Of a stretch of DNA of 64,000 nucleotides, positions 50,202-64,000 are shown in pieces; the stretch's first letter is position 1, and each line of letters opens with the position of its first letter. Below the pieces are notes generated by a model. The model worked only from the letters and a program-made list of their open reading frames with translations. It was not told the origin of the DNA and searched no databases. This stretch comes from the human T2T-CHM13v2.0 reference genome, Homo sapiens: the NCBI RefSeq assembly GCF_009914755.1, contig NC_060941.1; one strand, written 5' to 3'. The translations under genes were made by a program, and so were the position numbers.

Positions 50202-51485
50202 TGAAGTATAGAAAGAAATGTATGGGCCCACATAACAGAAAAGACCAGAATCAGTGCTGGTTTTGAGTAGCTGAAACTAAGATGTTAGAGAAAGTATGTG
50301 ACTCGTAGTCAAATGGGACACATGGAGCACATAGGAGTGTTTGGAGGAGAGGTCAGCAGCAGCTAGAGTGATGGGCAGTGGAGATTCCTTTGTGTATGTG
50401 CTCAATTTCTACACCAAAAAAGAAAAGAACAGCAACAGCAAACAAACAGTGGAGATGCTTCTATGTGTGTGTGTGGGGGGGTCAATTTGTTGGTTTCTTT
50501 CGCTTTCTTTGTATAGGATTCAGCACAGGCACGTGCCTATCTCAGCACCTTCACAGCAGAGAGCGATTCTCTGCATCCAGTTACCCCAGAGACACATCTG
50601 GACACCTCCCCGCAACAAAGCCCCCAAGACCTTCCAGAAGAGGAGCTGTGTCCAAGAGCCCCCTTCCTGTTATGGGAAGTGCACTATCTTCTGACCCTCA
50701 TATCTGTTGCCTCTATTTGTTGCTCTCTCATAAACCAATCCAAATGGAGGGCATCTGTATTGCCAAAGGGATTGGTCACTCAGCTTCGTCGGATGCAAGA
50801 AAAGATTCTGAGGGTAGGGACGGGCATCGGTCTTGCTGACTGCCCTCTCTGCAGCTGTCAGGACTGGGCTTAGCATGTAGTAGGTGGCCCATAAATATTT
50901 GTTGAATGAACACATATCGTCGGGAAAAAGGAGGTTGTTGTAAGGACACGCAGAAGAACCAGAACTGGAACTGGAAGTCAGAGCGGAAGTGGCCCCAGGG
51001 ACCAGTGAGTCTCAGCCTGTCTCTCAGGGGCTGTGTCTTTTCTCACTACGCACCTGCTAAGATGTGGCACTTGCCATGGCCTCCCCATTCCACCTCATGG
51101 CATTCTTCACTGTCAACTTTCAGCCCCCACCTTCCAGGAGCCTTATACTATGGGTGACTCGCTTCTCTTCTATATTTAACCGCTTCCTCCAAACCAGACC
51201 CTTCCCATCAACATTTAAACATTTCAGGTCTCTCCCACTGAAAGAACCAACCAACCAACCCTCTCCAACACAAGACCTTCTCCAGTTACTGCCTTCCTTC
51301 CCTTCACGACCAGCTTCTGGAAAGGTTTTTCCACATTCCCCATTTTCGTCTCTTCCCCTCACTCAGTTCTTGCTCATTCCATTCTGGGTTCCTCTCCATC
51401 ACTCCATTGACGTAAGTCTTGCTGCGGTGCCAGTGACATCCTAGTTGTTCCAGTCCTCACCTTGCATGACCCACAATCACACTAG

Positions 51486-51883
<398 letters not shown>

Positions 51884-52254
51884 TAGTTATTTAGGCTCTT
51901 CTGTTACTATATATACATTTGTGACCCTTGTGATAACAGCTCTTCCTTCTCCTCTGCTTCCAAGAACATGTTAGGACTTCCTCACCTCCTTGGGACATGG
52001 TTATGAAGATGAGAGTAAATGACACGTCACTTCCGGACAGAATCTTTCAGAGTCAACTTGCAATTCACGATGTCCCTGTCTCTGCCTTAATCATAGTGGA
52101 AGCACCTGCTGAGATGGAAGTTTCCTCAGCCTGGTCTCTGAGGGTCTATGATGAGCAGTCTTCCCTAGTATCCGCTTTGGAGAAATAGATCTTAACTGAA
52201 TTAAGATACTGAGGTTTGGCATTATTTATTTATGTATCTATTTATTTACTTGTA

Positions 52255-54720
52255 ACATCTTTGTTAGATTTTGGTATCTGGTTATTGCTAGCCTCCTCAA
52301 ACAAACTGAGAAGAGTTCTTTCCTGCTCTATTTTCTGAAAGAATTTGCTTAAGATTTGTGTAACTTCTTTCTCAAATGTTTGATAGAATTCACCAGGGAA
52401 ACTATCTGGGCTAGGAGCTTCCTTCCTCTTTCTTTCTTCTTTGTCTCTCTTTCTGTCTTTTCTTTCTTTTCAAAAGCTCTACTTATATAGCATTGACATT
52501 TAAAAATTGTACATATTTAAGCTGTACAACTTGATTTAACTCTAAACAATAGTTTTATTTAAATAATATTTTTTATTATACTTTAAGTTCTGGGATATAT
52601 GTGCAGAATGTGCAGGTTTGTTACATAGGTATACATAGGTTTGTTACATATGTGCCATGGAGGTTTGCTGCACCCATCAACCTGTCATCTACATTAGGTA
52701 TTTCTCCTCATGCTATCACTCCCTTAGCCCCCCATCCCCCAACTTGATGTTTTGATATAGATTGTGAAATGATCACAACACAGCCAATTAAATATCTACC
52801 TCTTCTACATAGTTACCCTTTGTGTGTGCGTTGAAAAGATTTACGATCTATCATCTTCTGAAGTTTTCTTTGTGGGAAATGTTCTGATAATGAATTCAAT
52901 TTCTTTAATAGATGGAACTATTTAGATTTTGGATTTCATTTTGTAATCTTATCAAGCCATTTTGCCCGTCTCAGTTGCCAAATTTATTGGCATAAAGTTG
53001 TTCATAATATTTTCTTATTACCTTTTAATGCCTGTGGGCTCTGTGGTGATATTGATGCAGGATTTTTTTCGGCCCCTTTGCCGAACTTGTGGCAGGGGTG
53101 CCCCATCTATTTGGCTCACTGCGCTCAGCCCCTTGAGGGAGGGAGCATGTGAGAGAGTGAGTGCAGGATCTGGCTCGATGCAGGATCTGGCTTGCCACAG
53201 GAGCAAGCTCTGTTTGGGGGGCCTGTGGCCAGACCAGGTGTGTCACCTTGAGGGGAACAGTGACACCCAGGTGAGGTTGCCCATGACCCCGAGGCCCCAA
53301 AGGGGGTGTGTTATAGTAGTCTTTTAGTTCCACTGTCCATGGTCTGATGGACAGTGGTGTGTTAGCAGCTTAGTTGGCCCCTTGCCTCGTCATGTGGGGT
53401 AGCTGCCCTCCGCTGCTGAGGGCAAAGGGCCATTGTGACAGCCTTTTCTGGGTACCTGCACTTGGTGGGTCCTGAGGTCTTATCCAGCATCCAGGAAGAA
53501 ACTCTTCCATCACCTGCATGACCTCATTCTGCCTGGATGCTGGACAAGAGCTTGGGACCCAATGAGTGGGTGAAGACAGAGCATTTTATTGAGTGACGGA
53601 AACAGCTCTCAGTGGAGAGGGGAGCTGGAGAGGGGATGGGAAGGGAAGGTTGTCTTCCCCAAAGTCAGGTTGTCTCTTCCTCGAAGTCAGGCCATCTCCC
53701 CTTCTACTGACTGAGTCTTTATAGGCACAGGATGGGGAGTGTGTGCTGATTGGTTTGTGAGTATGCAAAGAAGGTTAAAATTAAGAGATCACTCAAAGGT
53801 GGGCATGACAGTGTAGAAAACCAATTAGGAAAGGGTAGGTATATGTAAAATAGGTGAAAGGTGGGGATCAATCAGAGGAAGGCACACCAAACAGGAGGAC
53901 AAATTCTTAATCCAGTCCAAGGATTTAACTTGTAGTTTGGCTTTCAGGCTTTAAACTGTCTTTGGTTTGGAGGTGGGGCTTCACCAGGGACCTGCTCCTG
54001 TCTGCCGAGGCATTTGACTGCCTCCTGTTACTATCAATATCTCCTTTCATTCCCTAAATTTATAATTTGCATGCTGTCTCTTTAATCAACCTAGCCAGCT
54101 AGGAGTTTATAAATTTCGTTGATATTTTCAATGAACCAGCTTTTGGCTTTGTTAATTTTCTCTTCTTATATGTTTTCTGCTTCACAAATATTGACTGTTT
54201 TTTTATTATTTTTTCCTTTCTTCTACTTAAAGTTTACTTTGCTCTTTTTTATCCTAGCTTTTTGAAGTGGAACCTTAGATCCTTACTTTTACATCTTTCT
54301 TCTTTCCTAATAAAGCTAAATATTTTCCTTTAAGCACTCCTTTAGTTGTAAATCACAAATTTTGATAGATTATACTTTTATTTATTGTTCAGTGCAAAAT
54401 AATTTTTAATTACTCATTTTCTTTGTGACTTATTCTTCTACCCATGGGTTATCTGGAAGTGTGTATTTAATTTCCAAATATTTGGGTTGTGCCAGATATC
54501 TTACTGTAATTGACTTCTAATTTCAATAAATTAAGATTTATCGAAGGTTTCAATAGTTTGAAATGTATTGAGACTCGTTTTATGGCCCAACTCGTTTTAT
54601 GGTCTATCTTGGAGAATGTACAATGTGTACTTGGAGTGTTCTACAAATGTCAGTTAGGTCAAGTGGTTGACAGCATTGTTCAGATCTTCTTTTTCTTTCT
54701 TGTGATTTTTCTTTCTTAAC
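52255..54720 (-). mobile_element. Old L1M ORF2 region with nested L1MA/L1PA 3' ends and an ERV1 LTR
   Basis: tgatagaattcaccag...tctggg; L1PA tail at 52565-52740. Confidence 0.7.
53053..54036 (-). mobile_element. ERV1 solo LTR (LTR27/LTR28-like), 984 bp
   Basis: TG...CA termini with 4-bp TSD atat. Confidence 0.85.
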
Positions 54721-54975
54721 CATTATATATATTAGCCAACCCTGACTAATACAGTCCTAAAATCTGCATCTCTGGCCTTGAGTCTCTGAGCTCTAGGCCC
54801 ATATCTGACTGTATACAATACATCTTTACTTGTATATTTCAAAGACACTTCAAATTAACTATTGAAGAGAATGAACTCATGATCTTTCCCCAGAAAACTG
54901 GTGCTTTTCCAAGGTTCTTCATCTCAGTGGATGGCACCTCTGCTATCCATCCAGTTTCCCCAACCAGGAACCTAA

Positions 54976-55281
<306 letters not shown>

Positions 55282-55787
55282 CCTCCGGCCTTTTTCTGTC
55301 TTGCTGTCTCCACATCCAATCTAGCTCCAATCCCAGCTTTTCCTCCTCAATATAGTTCACATCCATCCACTTACCTCCATCTGTGCTGCCACCGCCCTTG
55401 TGCAAGCCATCATTCCTCCCTTAGATAACGGCAGTACCTCCTTGCTCTTCTCTCCACTTCATTCTCCACACAACAGCCAGGGTAAAGCTGCAAAAGCCCC
55501 AGTCTTATCATTTACCCCTTGCACACTTGACCACTTAAAATCATTCACGAGCATCTCATTGCTCTGCAGATAATGACCCAAATCTTTCCCATGGCCCACG
55601 AGACCCTGTGTGCTCTGGCCCTGCTCCCCGCCCCCATCTCCAGTCTCCCCTCACTCACTACACTTCTGCCACATTCACCCCCTTCTACCACAGGGTCTTT
55701 GCACATGCTGTTGGTCCCAAATGAAATGTTCCTCCCCCACCTGCACCCAATTTTGTCCAACTATCCTCTTCCTTAGTTGAGGTCCAC

Positions 55788-56079
55788 TTTTTTTTTTGAG
55801 ATGGAGTTTTGCTCTTGTTGCCTGGGCTGGAGTGCAGTGGCGTGACCTCGGCTCACTGCCACCCCCACTTCCCAGGTTCAAGTGATTCTCCTGCCTAAGC
55901 CTCCCAAGTAGCTGGGATTACAGGCGTCTGCCACCATGCCTGGCTACTTTTTGTATTTTTAGTAGAAATGGGGTTTCACCATGTTGGCCAGGCTGGTCTT
56001 GAACTCCTGACTCAGTTGATCCATCTGCCTCGGCCTCCCAAAGTGCTGGGATTACAGGTGTGAGCCACTGCACCCGGCC
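55788..56079 (-). mobile_element. AluS
   Basis: Full Alu, TSD ccactt. Confidence 0.95.
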
Positions 56080-56138
56080 CACTTGTCTTTCTGATCCCAG
56101 CTCTGTTTCACTTCCCAGGGAGCACCTCCTCTAACCTC

Positions 56139-56418
56139 TGTGTCAGTTTGGGTCCTTTGAGAAGCAGATATCAAAGTGGGATTAGATATGCAGGAGATTT
56201 ACCTGGGGTTAATGATGTAAAGGATGAAGAGCTGACCTGCTGGTAATATCCCTTCTGTGTTTGGTCATTGGCCCAGAGCTACCTGGGGAGGGAGAAGTGT
56301 TGGTGTCACGCTGGGGGAGATTTGAAGGTGTAGCAGTTGGAAGCTGTCAGCCAACCACATGCCTCACAAAACCGTCTCTTCAAGGGACACATGCATAGCA
56401 CCCCTCCACAGCCACACA
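56139..56418 (-). mobile_element. LTR16-type ERVL LTR fragment
   Basis: tgtgtcagtttgggtcc..gagaagcaga...gggattaga. Confidence 0.65.
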
Positions 56419-58727
56419 ACAGCTCCCTAAACCAGAGCGTGCTCCTTCGATACATATAGTCATAGGACAATGTTCCCTCTTTTCAGAGAACTGACCTGGG
56501 TTGCAATTATACCCCTCGTGAGCGTTATTTTTATTTGAGGTCTGTCTCTGCTTGAGAACAGGGACAATGGACTCACTGGCCATTGTGTCTCTTGCCCATG
56601 ACAGTGTGTTCAATAAATGCTTGCAAGAAAAAAATGAAAGAATGAATCAGTGATTCATGACCAAGCCAGTCTCTCTGCATTCTCTAGTCCTAATTCACAA
56701 AATAGAACCTGATGGCCCAGCTCACCTTTTCCCCCCTCCGGCCATGGGACACCAAGGGGCTGATGCTGACCCTGTCCATCAGTTATGTGGGGGAGGGGAG
56801 TCATGTGGTACAAATCTGGGGTGCCACAGTGGATTTCTCTAGAATGAGTACCTTGGAACCGCCACGAAGTCTTTGTGTATTTTTTTTTTTTTTTTTTGGT
56901 AAAAGCATGGCACTCTTCACCTGACTTAATCTTCCAGAGACTGGAGTTGTGAGTAGTAGTGCAGACACCTGTGAGTCCTCATCCCCCCAGCATGAATTGT
57001 CCCCAGGGAACAGGTCCTTATGCCTGAGGCTTTAAATACACAAACACAGCAGCACCCCCTCTGCTTCCCCAGAAACCTACCCTCTGTTTCATTTTCTCTG
57101 AGATGTTTTAGCTGAGACTAAGGCAGCATCTCAGGACTGGAAACTTCCTGGAGCTTACTCACATAGAATGAAAATACAGCAGCGTTAGAAACAGGGCCAT
57201 AGACTCAGACTAGACCTGAGTTCAAATCCCAGCCCCTTCACTTCCAAGCTCTAGGACTCTGGGCTGTTACTTAATCTCTCTGAGCCCCCTTTTCTCATCT
57301 CTAAAATGGAATTAGCAAAATAGCAAAACCAAACAGGCAGTTATGAAGATGAAGCAAAATGTCTCTAGTAGCGGCTCAAAGTTCAGGGCACATTAGCCTA
57401 TTAGCAGCTCTGAAAAATCCTGCAGTAAAGAAACCCAGCTTTCCCCAAGCCTATTTGGCAGCAGGTTTGTGAAGCACAACCACGCACGAGATTCTGGTGT
57501 TCTTTGGAAAGCACTGCTCTAGAGAATGTAGCTTTTCTCTTTAGATCACTGTGGACCTTCAAAACTACCACAAATAAGATCCAGATGGCTTTGGCCTCCT
57601 GAAAAACCATTCTGAATTGAGTTCGAGGGTGTTATATCTCTGGATTTCATTGAGGAATGCTGGAACTCTCCAACATGTTCATCACTGTGTGCTCTGCAGG
57701 GACGTTGTGGATGACATCGTGTGATGCTCCTCTCTTTAATGCTAACGGACACTTTCTCCAGTCAAAGCTGGTCATGGTCATAGCGGCATGGAATGTTTTA
57801 AGTGCACAGAAGGTTAGAGGCCAGCTTGTTTTACCTCTTCATTTTGCAGATGAGCAAACAGGTCCAGTTAGAAAATCAAGTGACTCATCCAGGGACAGAC
57901 AGAACGAGGGGCAGAGCTCAGAACTCAGACCCAGCCAGCTGTTGTGCACTGAATGGACACCGCTGGGCTCTCAGGAAGATGACAGCTCCTTGGTTAGATG
58001 CAGAAACATGAAGGACCACCCGTTGGGGACTGGTAGGCCCCTTGGCCCTTGGCTCCTTCTTCCGACATGGCTATGAGGAGGGAGGTGAGGGGAAGGGCAG
58101 GATTATGGTGGAAGACCAGGGGTCTGTGGGTCTGAGTCCAGATGGCAGGCAGCTGGGCCGAGGCACACACCAACGACTACTTCCTCTTCTTTCTGGTGAT
58201 TCCAAGGGTGAGAAGGCTGAGAAGGAACTTGCAACAGATGGAAGGGAGACCAGAAGGAATTTGGAATGGGCCCAAGGGGTCCAGCTCTTAGAAAATGAGG
58301 GTGAAATATTTTCTGCTTGGAGAGAACATTATTTACAAGAACAGAGCAGGAACAGGGTCCTGCCCGGGTAGACTGGTGGGCTCTGGCTTATGTTTCGTGG
58401 CTGTGACAGCTCATACCAATCTGTGTTTCTAAGACAACCAGCGAACCAAATAGGAACAACATTAATGGTGATAAGAGGTGGCTGTTGCAGGCTGGGCCAA
58501 CCCAGACAAGTTGAGCTCAAAGATCAGAAGTTTTGAGGCCAATTCTAAATTTAGAGTCCAATTTTTGAGGAAGCCAAAATGAGCTCTCCTTGCATGAAGT
58601 GTGTCAGAAGAATAGAAGACACCATCCCCAAAGAGCAGCTAGTAGAGGGGGCTGGGGTCCTCCTTCCAGCTAGAGATGCTAATAATGAGATCGAACAGCT
58701 CCTTCTTCTTCTTTAAAAAATTCTTAG

Positions 58728-59113
<386 letters not shown>

Positions 59114-59597
59114 TTAGAAAGAACCCCAAAGCAACTCAGGGTGTATGTGGAAGGGGCAAAATTTAAACCCCTAGCTTCCCCTCCACACCCAGCCTCAATC
59201 TAACCCTGCATGGACTAGGCCTCACTCCCTTCTAAGTGGGCACTTCAGAGCAGGAAGGCTGCAGGTTATCTACCAGAGCAGACACTTCCTGTTAGCTCAA
59301 GCCAAATACTCTCCTCCTTGGCCAACTCGTGGGATTGGCACCAACACTATGCTGATGCCAGTGTGCCCCAGAGATTAGCCACTTTTGTCCCCAAGTTTTA
59401 TGGTACTCTACTATGAACACTCTCATTGTGCTTGAATGGACTAGGGGCTCAAAGGCTCTATTCCCATGTGGGCTCTAGCCTCCACTTATTTTTACCAACT
59501 GAGCTCTTACCATCTGCCTTTGCCATTTGCTCTAAGAGGTCTTGGAGGGTAAACCTCTCAGAGTAACAATTTCTTCATCTATAAAATACCATGTGTG

Positions 59598-59994
<397 letters not shown>

Positions 59995-60245
59995 CTAGGT
60001 CAGGTCTTCATTGCGCCTATGGAGGTCTCCTCATTTATTGGGCTGCCTCCATTCGTCCGCAATACATAGGGCTAATCTTCCTAAAGCATGATTTTGATCA
60101 AGTCACTCTCCTGCTCGAAGCCTTTTCATAGCTTCCCATTGCCTGCAGAGCCAATTCCAAATCACTTAGCCTGGTTTCAAAGTCATCCACCATCTGGCCT
60201 CAGCCTATCCTTTTTGTTTATTCTTGTCCACCTACTTCTTCCAGC

Positions 60246-60644
60246 TGTTACATAAACTGTCACCTAAAGCTGCCTTCTTACATATTTTAAGTTCGGCCTA
60301 AAGGTTTCTCCATACATAGTGAATTGTAACCTAACTGGATGTGTAAATAAGTCTGTAATCTACTCTTCTACCAGTCACAGAATTCCAACCAATCACAGGC
60401 GGCCCACTGTTCAAGCCATAAAGATGGCAGACACTGAGCTGTAACCAACCCTGCTGTTTCTATACCTCACTTTCCTTTTCTGTTTGTCACTTTCCTTCTT
60501 CTGTCCATAAATGTTATCCGACCATATGGCAGTCTCGGGAATCGCTCTGAACCCATTCTGGTTCGGGGGCTGCCCAATTCTCAAACATTTTTTCTTCAGT
60601 TAAACTCTGTTAAATTCAATTTGTCTAAAGTTTTTCTTCTCACA
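60246..60644 (+). mobile_element. MER57-type ERV1 solo LTR
   Basis: tgtta...aca, cctaaagctgcc/ttaagttcggcctaaagg hallmark, 4-bp TSD cagc. Confidence 0.85.
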
Positions 60645-60820
60645 CAGCAAACTGAACAATCACACTCCAGGTTTTCACGTCAATGGGCCCTCATTCACAT
60701 GCATCCTTTAATCTGAAATGTCCTTCTCCACATTTCTGCACATCTAACTTTTACCCTACTGATCCCCATAGCCTAATTATTAGCTGTATGATCTTGAGCA
60801 AATTATTTAAACTCCATATC

Positions 60821-61305
60821 TGAAGAAGATCGTTTCCAAAGATTGCCACAGCAATCGTTTCCATCCTGCGTGCCCTTTGCAAGGTGAGTTTGCCACTTCT
60901 CCATGTCAGTTTCCTTTCCGTTTGAATCTTTGCTGGCTCTGTGACATTCATGAACCCATCAAATGTGGTGGACATGATGCTATGTCATTTGCAGCTTCTG
61001 TTTTTGTACTCTGGGAAGCTGGCCACCATATACAGAAGTTCTAGCTATCCTGCTAGAGAGAGAGGTCACAGAAAGGACAACTGACGTGCCCCAGCTGACA
61101 GCTAGCCCCACAGCCCGAGTCAACTGAGTAAGGCCATTTTGATCCTCCAGCTCCAACCAGGGCTAACACCGCAGCGTAGAGATGAACTGTTTCCACTAAG
61201 CCCTGCTTGAGTTTCTGAACCCCCAAATTGCGAACAAATAAAATTGCTGTTTTAAGCCACTCAGTTTTGGGGTAGATTGTTATGTAGCAATGGATAATTG
61301 AAACA
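60821..61305 (+). mobile_element. MLT1G-like LTR inside a MIR
   Basis: ttttaagccactcagttttgggg...gaaaca 3' end; MIR halves flank it. Confidence 0.7.
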
Positions 61306-61776
61306 GACTCCTCGCCTACAAAATGGGGATAATGATGGTCTCCAGCCTCACAGAAGGACTGCGAGGATTAAGTGAGTCAATCTATGAAAAGCTCTTAGAA
61401 TAGTGTCTGCACATGGCAAGATCGCAATAAACACTAACTCCTCACGACCTCAAATTAACTTAATGTTTTCTTGTTTCTTGTTCATCCCTAAGTCCCTCTC
61501 GCAGCAGTGCCTGGCATACAATAGGTACTCGGCAAACACAATTGGATATCAAACGTCCCCTTCCTTAAGCCTTCTCTGATGACATTCCATCAGCTTGCCA
61601 CCACCCCTCCCTCTGATTCCCACTGCACTTTACCAACTCTTCCCACAATGTAGGCTACCTTCAGCCTGGAACCCTGGCTGGTATGTCTCCTTGGTAGATG
61701 GTGAGCTTCTTGAAGACAATGACATTATTCATAATATATAAACAATAATGAATGAATTAATTAAAAATGGGAACAA

Positions 61777-62447
<671 letters not shown>

Positions 62448-63795
62448 TAATTTTAGATGGTGGCTTCTCTGTCTTCCTGGTCCCATCTGTGTGACTTTTA
62501 TACTTTAAGGCAGGAGAGAATCCAAACAGGACTCCTGCAGAAAGTCTATTTACTGTCCTAAGAGTTGGTTGACCTTGAACTCTGGAAGTACAGGGTGTCA
62601 CAAACCTAGGAAGGAACTAATGACTCCCAAGTCTGTTCCTATGGCTGACAAATGTCTGAAGTTCCTCCAGTAGATGAAAAACAGCTCATTCCTAAGCCAT
62701 GATTTCTTCAGAAATCATTTTATTATCTCTAAGACTTGTGAAGTCTAAAGAGAGTAGAATTTGAAAGAATGTTGAATTCCATCTGGTTCAAAGAGCTTTA
62801 GTGTTAGACATAAACAACTTTACCAGTTTGAAAAACCAAAGATGAGCAAAATCAAATCAGGTGGTAGAGCTTCCTGGGTAGGGGTGTAACATACAACTTA
62901 AATCTAGGTGTCCTGGTCTATGTGGCACTTTGTTTGAATTATGGGGTCATTGACACAGCAAGATAGATAAGGCAGAGTAGTTGTTATGTAATCTCAGGAG
63001 AGTGGAGAAGGCACTCCCAAAACTGGAAATGATGTTACATTTTCCTTGGTGAGAATCTTTTAACCCCAGGAGGGTTTAAAATTAAGTATAGAAAGTTTAA
63101 GGGAATCATGATATTAATGTTTTCATGTAAAAGAATCTAGGCATGTTTATGTATATATAATGCTTACTAGAATTTAGCCTATTTACAGAAAAAAATGTCA
63201 AAATTCCAGTTGAAAATTAGTAAGTATTTAATTGATTCAGACTTATGACTTTAAACTGAAAACTTCCTAAGCGTATATATAGTATTGGAACATTTAAGAG
63301 AACCCTAAGGTTGTCATATTTGCAAGTTTAATTTATCGCATGAATAATCTAAACTTAAACACTTGAAAAGGTTTTGTTGTTAAGTCAGGCCATTAAAGTA
63401 CATAAAAGGAAACAGAACACAGTAAGTGTCTCAATGCAATTTTAAATCTTTAAAAGGAATTTAACCTTATAATTGGAACCACACATCCAAAATCCTTTTA
63501 AAAGTGATAGGTAAAATATGTTGGACATCAACGGGATAAGATTAGAAAGCTGAAGCTTAAAGAAGAGCTACGATTTTGAATTGTAGTTTCAATAAATATT
63601 AATTTTAAAAGTCAGCTAAACTTCTGTATCATCTATGAAATGAGATTTATGGTAATAATTGCCGTGTAAGATCATTAAGAAGATTAAATGAGACATTAGT
63701 TTAAAAGCGTCTGGCACTGTGCCTGTCACATGGTAAGCATGATATATGATGGCATTTATTAATATTATTAAGTCTTCCTTAAGGGAGAGCATAAA

Positions 63796-63940
63796 GCCAG
63801 GCATGGGGATGTACACCTGTACTCCCAGCTACTAGGAAGCCTGAGGCAGGAGGATGACTTGAGCCCAGGAGTTCAAGTCCAGGCTAGGCAACATAGTGAG
63901 ACTCTGTCTCAATTGAAATCAATCAATCAATAATAATAAA
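63796..63940 (+). mobile_element. Alu monomer (FLAM/FRAM-like)
   Basis: Single monomer. Confidence 0.8.
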
Positions 63941-64000
63941 AGAGTACAAAGATGTTTAGAAATGAGAGGAAATATGGGATAAGATGTGACCCATAGCACA

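Overview
Primate (most likely human) genomic DNA, very rich in Alu (about 50 copies or fragments) and also carrying L1, L2, MIR, MaLR/ERV LTRs and Tigger/hAT DNA transposons. No intact protein-coding gene, RNA gene or CRISPR array is supported; the longer ORFs in the supplied track are Alu or low-complexity artefacts. The main non-repeat signal is a decayed multi-exon gene on the minus strand from about 43.6 kb down to about 8.7 kb. I reconstructed about 29 exons by hand from splice signals; 14 consecutive ones (20830 to 8661) join in compatible phases. The frame carries many stops, some frameshifts, some broken donors and Alu insertions inside exons, i.e. an unprocessed (possibly unitary) pseudogene. 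Its conceptual protein shows collinear motif matches to DNAAF9/C20orf194 (Shulin, the outer-dynein-arm inhibitor). That comparison uses my recollection of the DNAAF9 sequence and needs a real search. Secondary points: a SRF/MEF2/GATA/TEAD motif cluster at 47.3-47.7 kb, a fused inverted Alu pair at 35.0-35.45 kb, and several non-B-DNA tracts. Repeat subfamily names are by eye and coordinates are approximate to a few bases.
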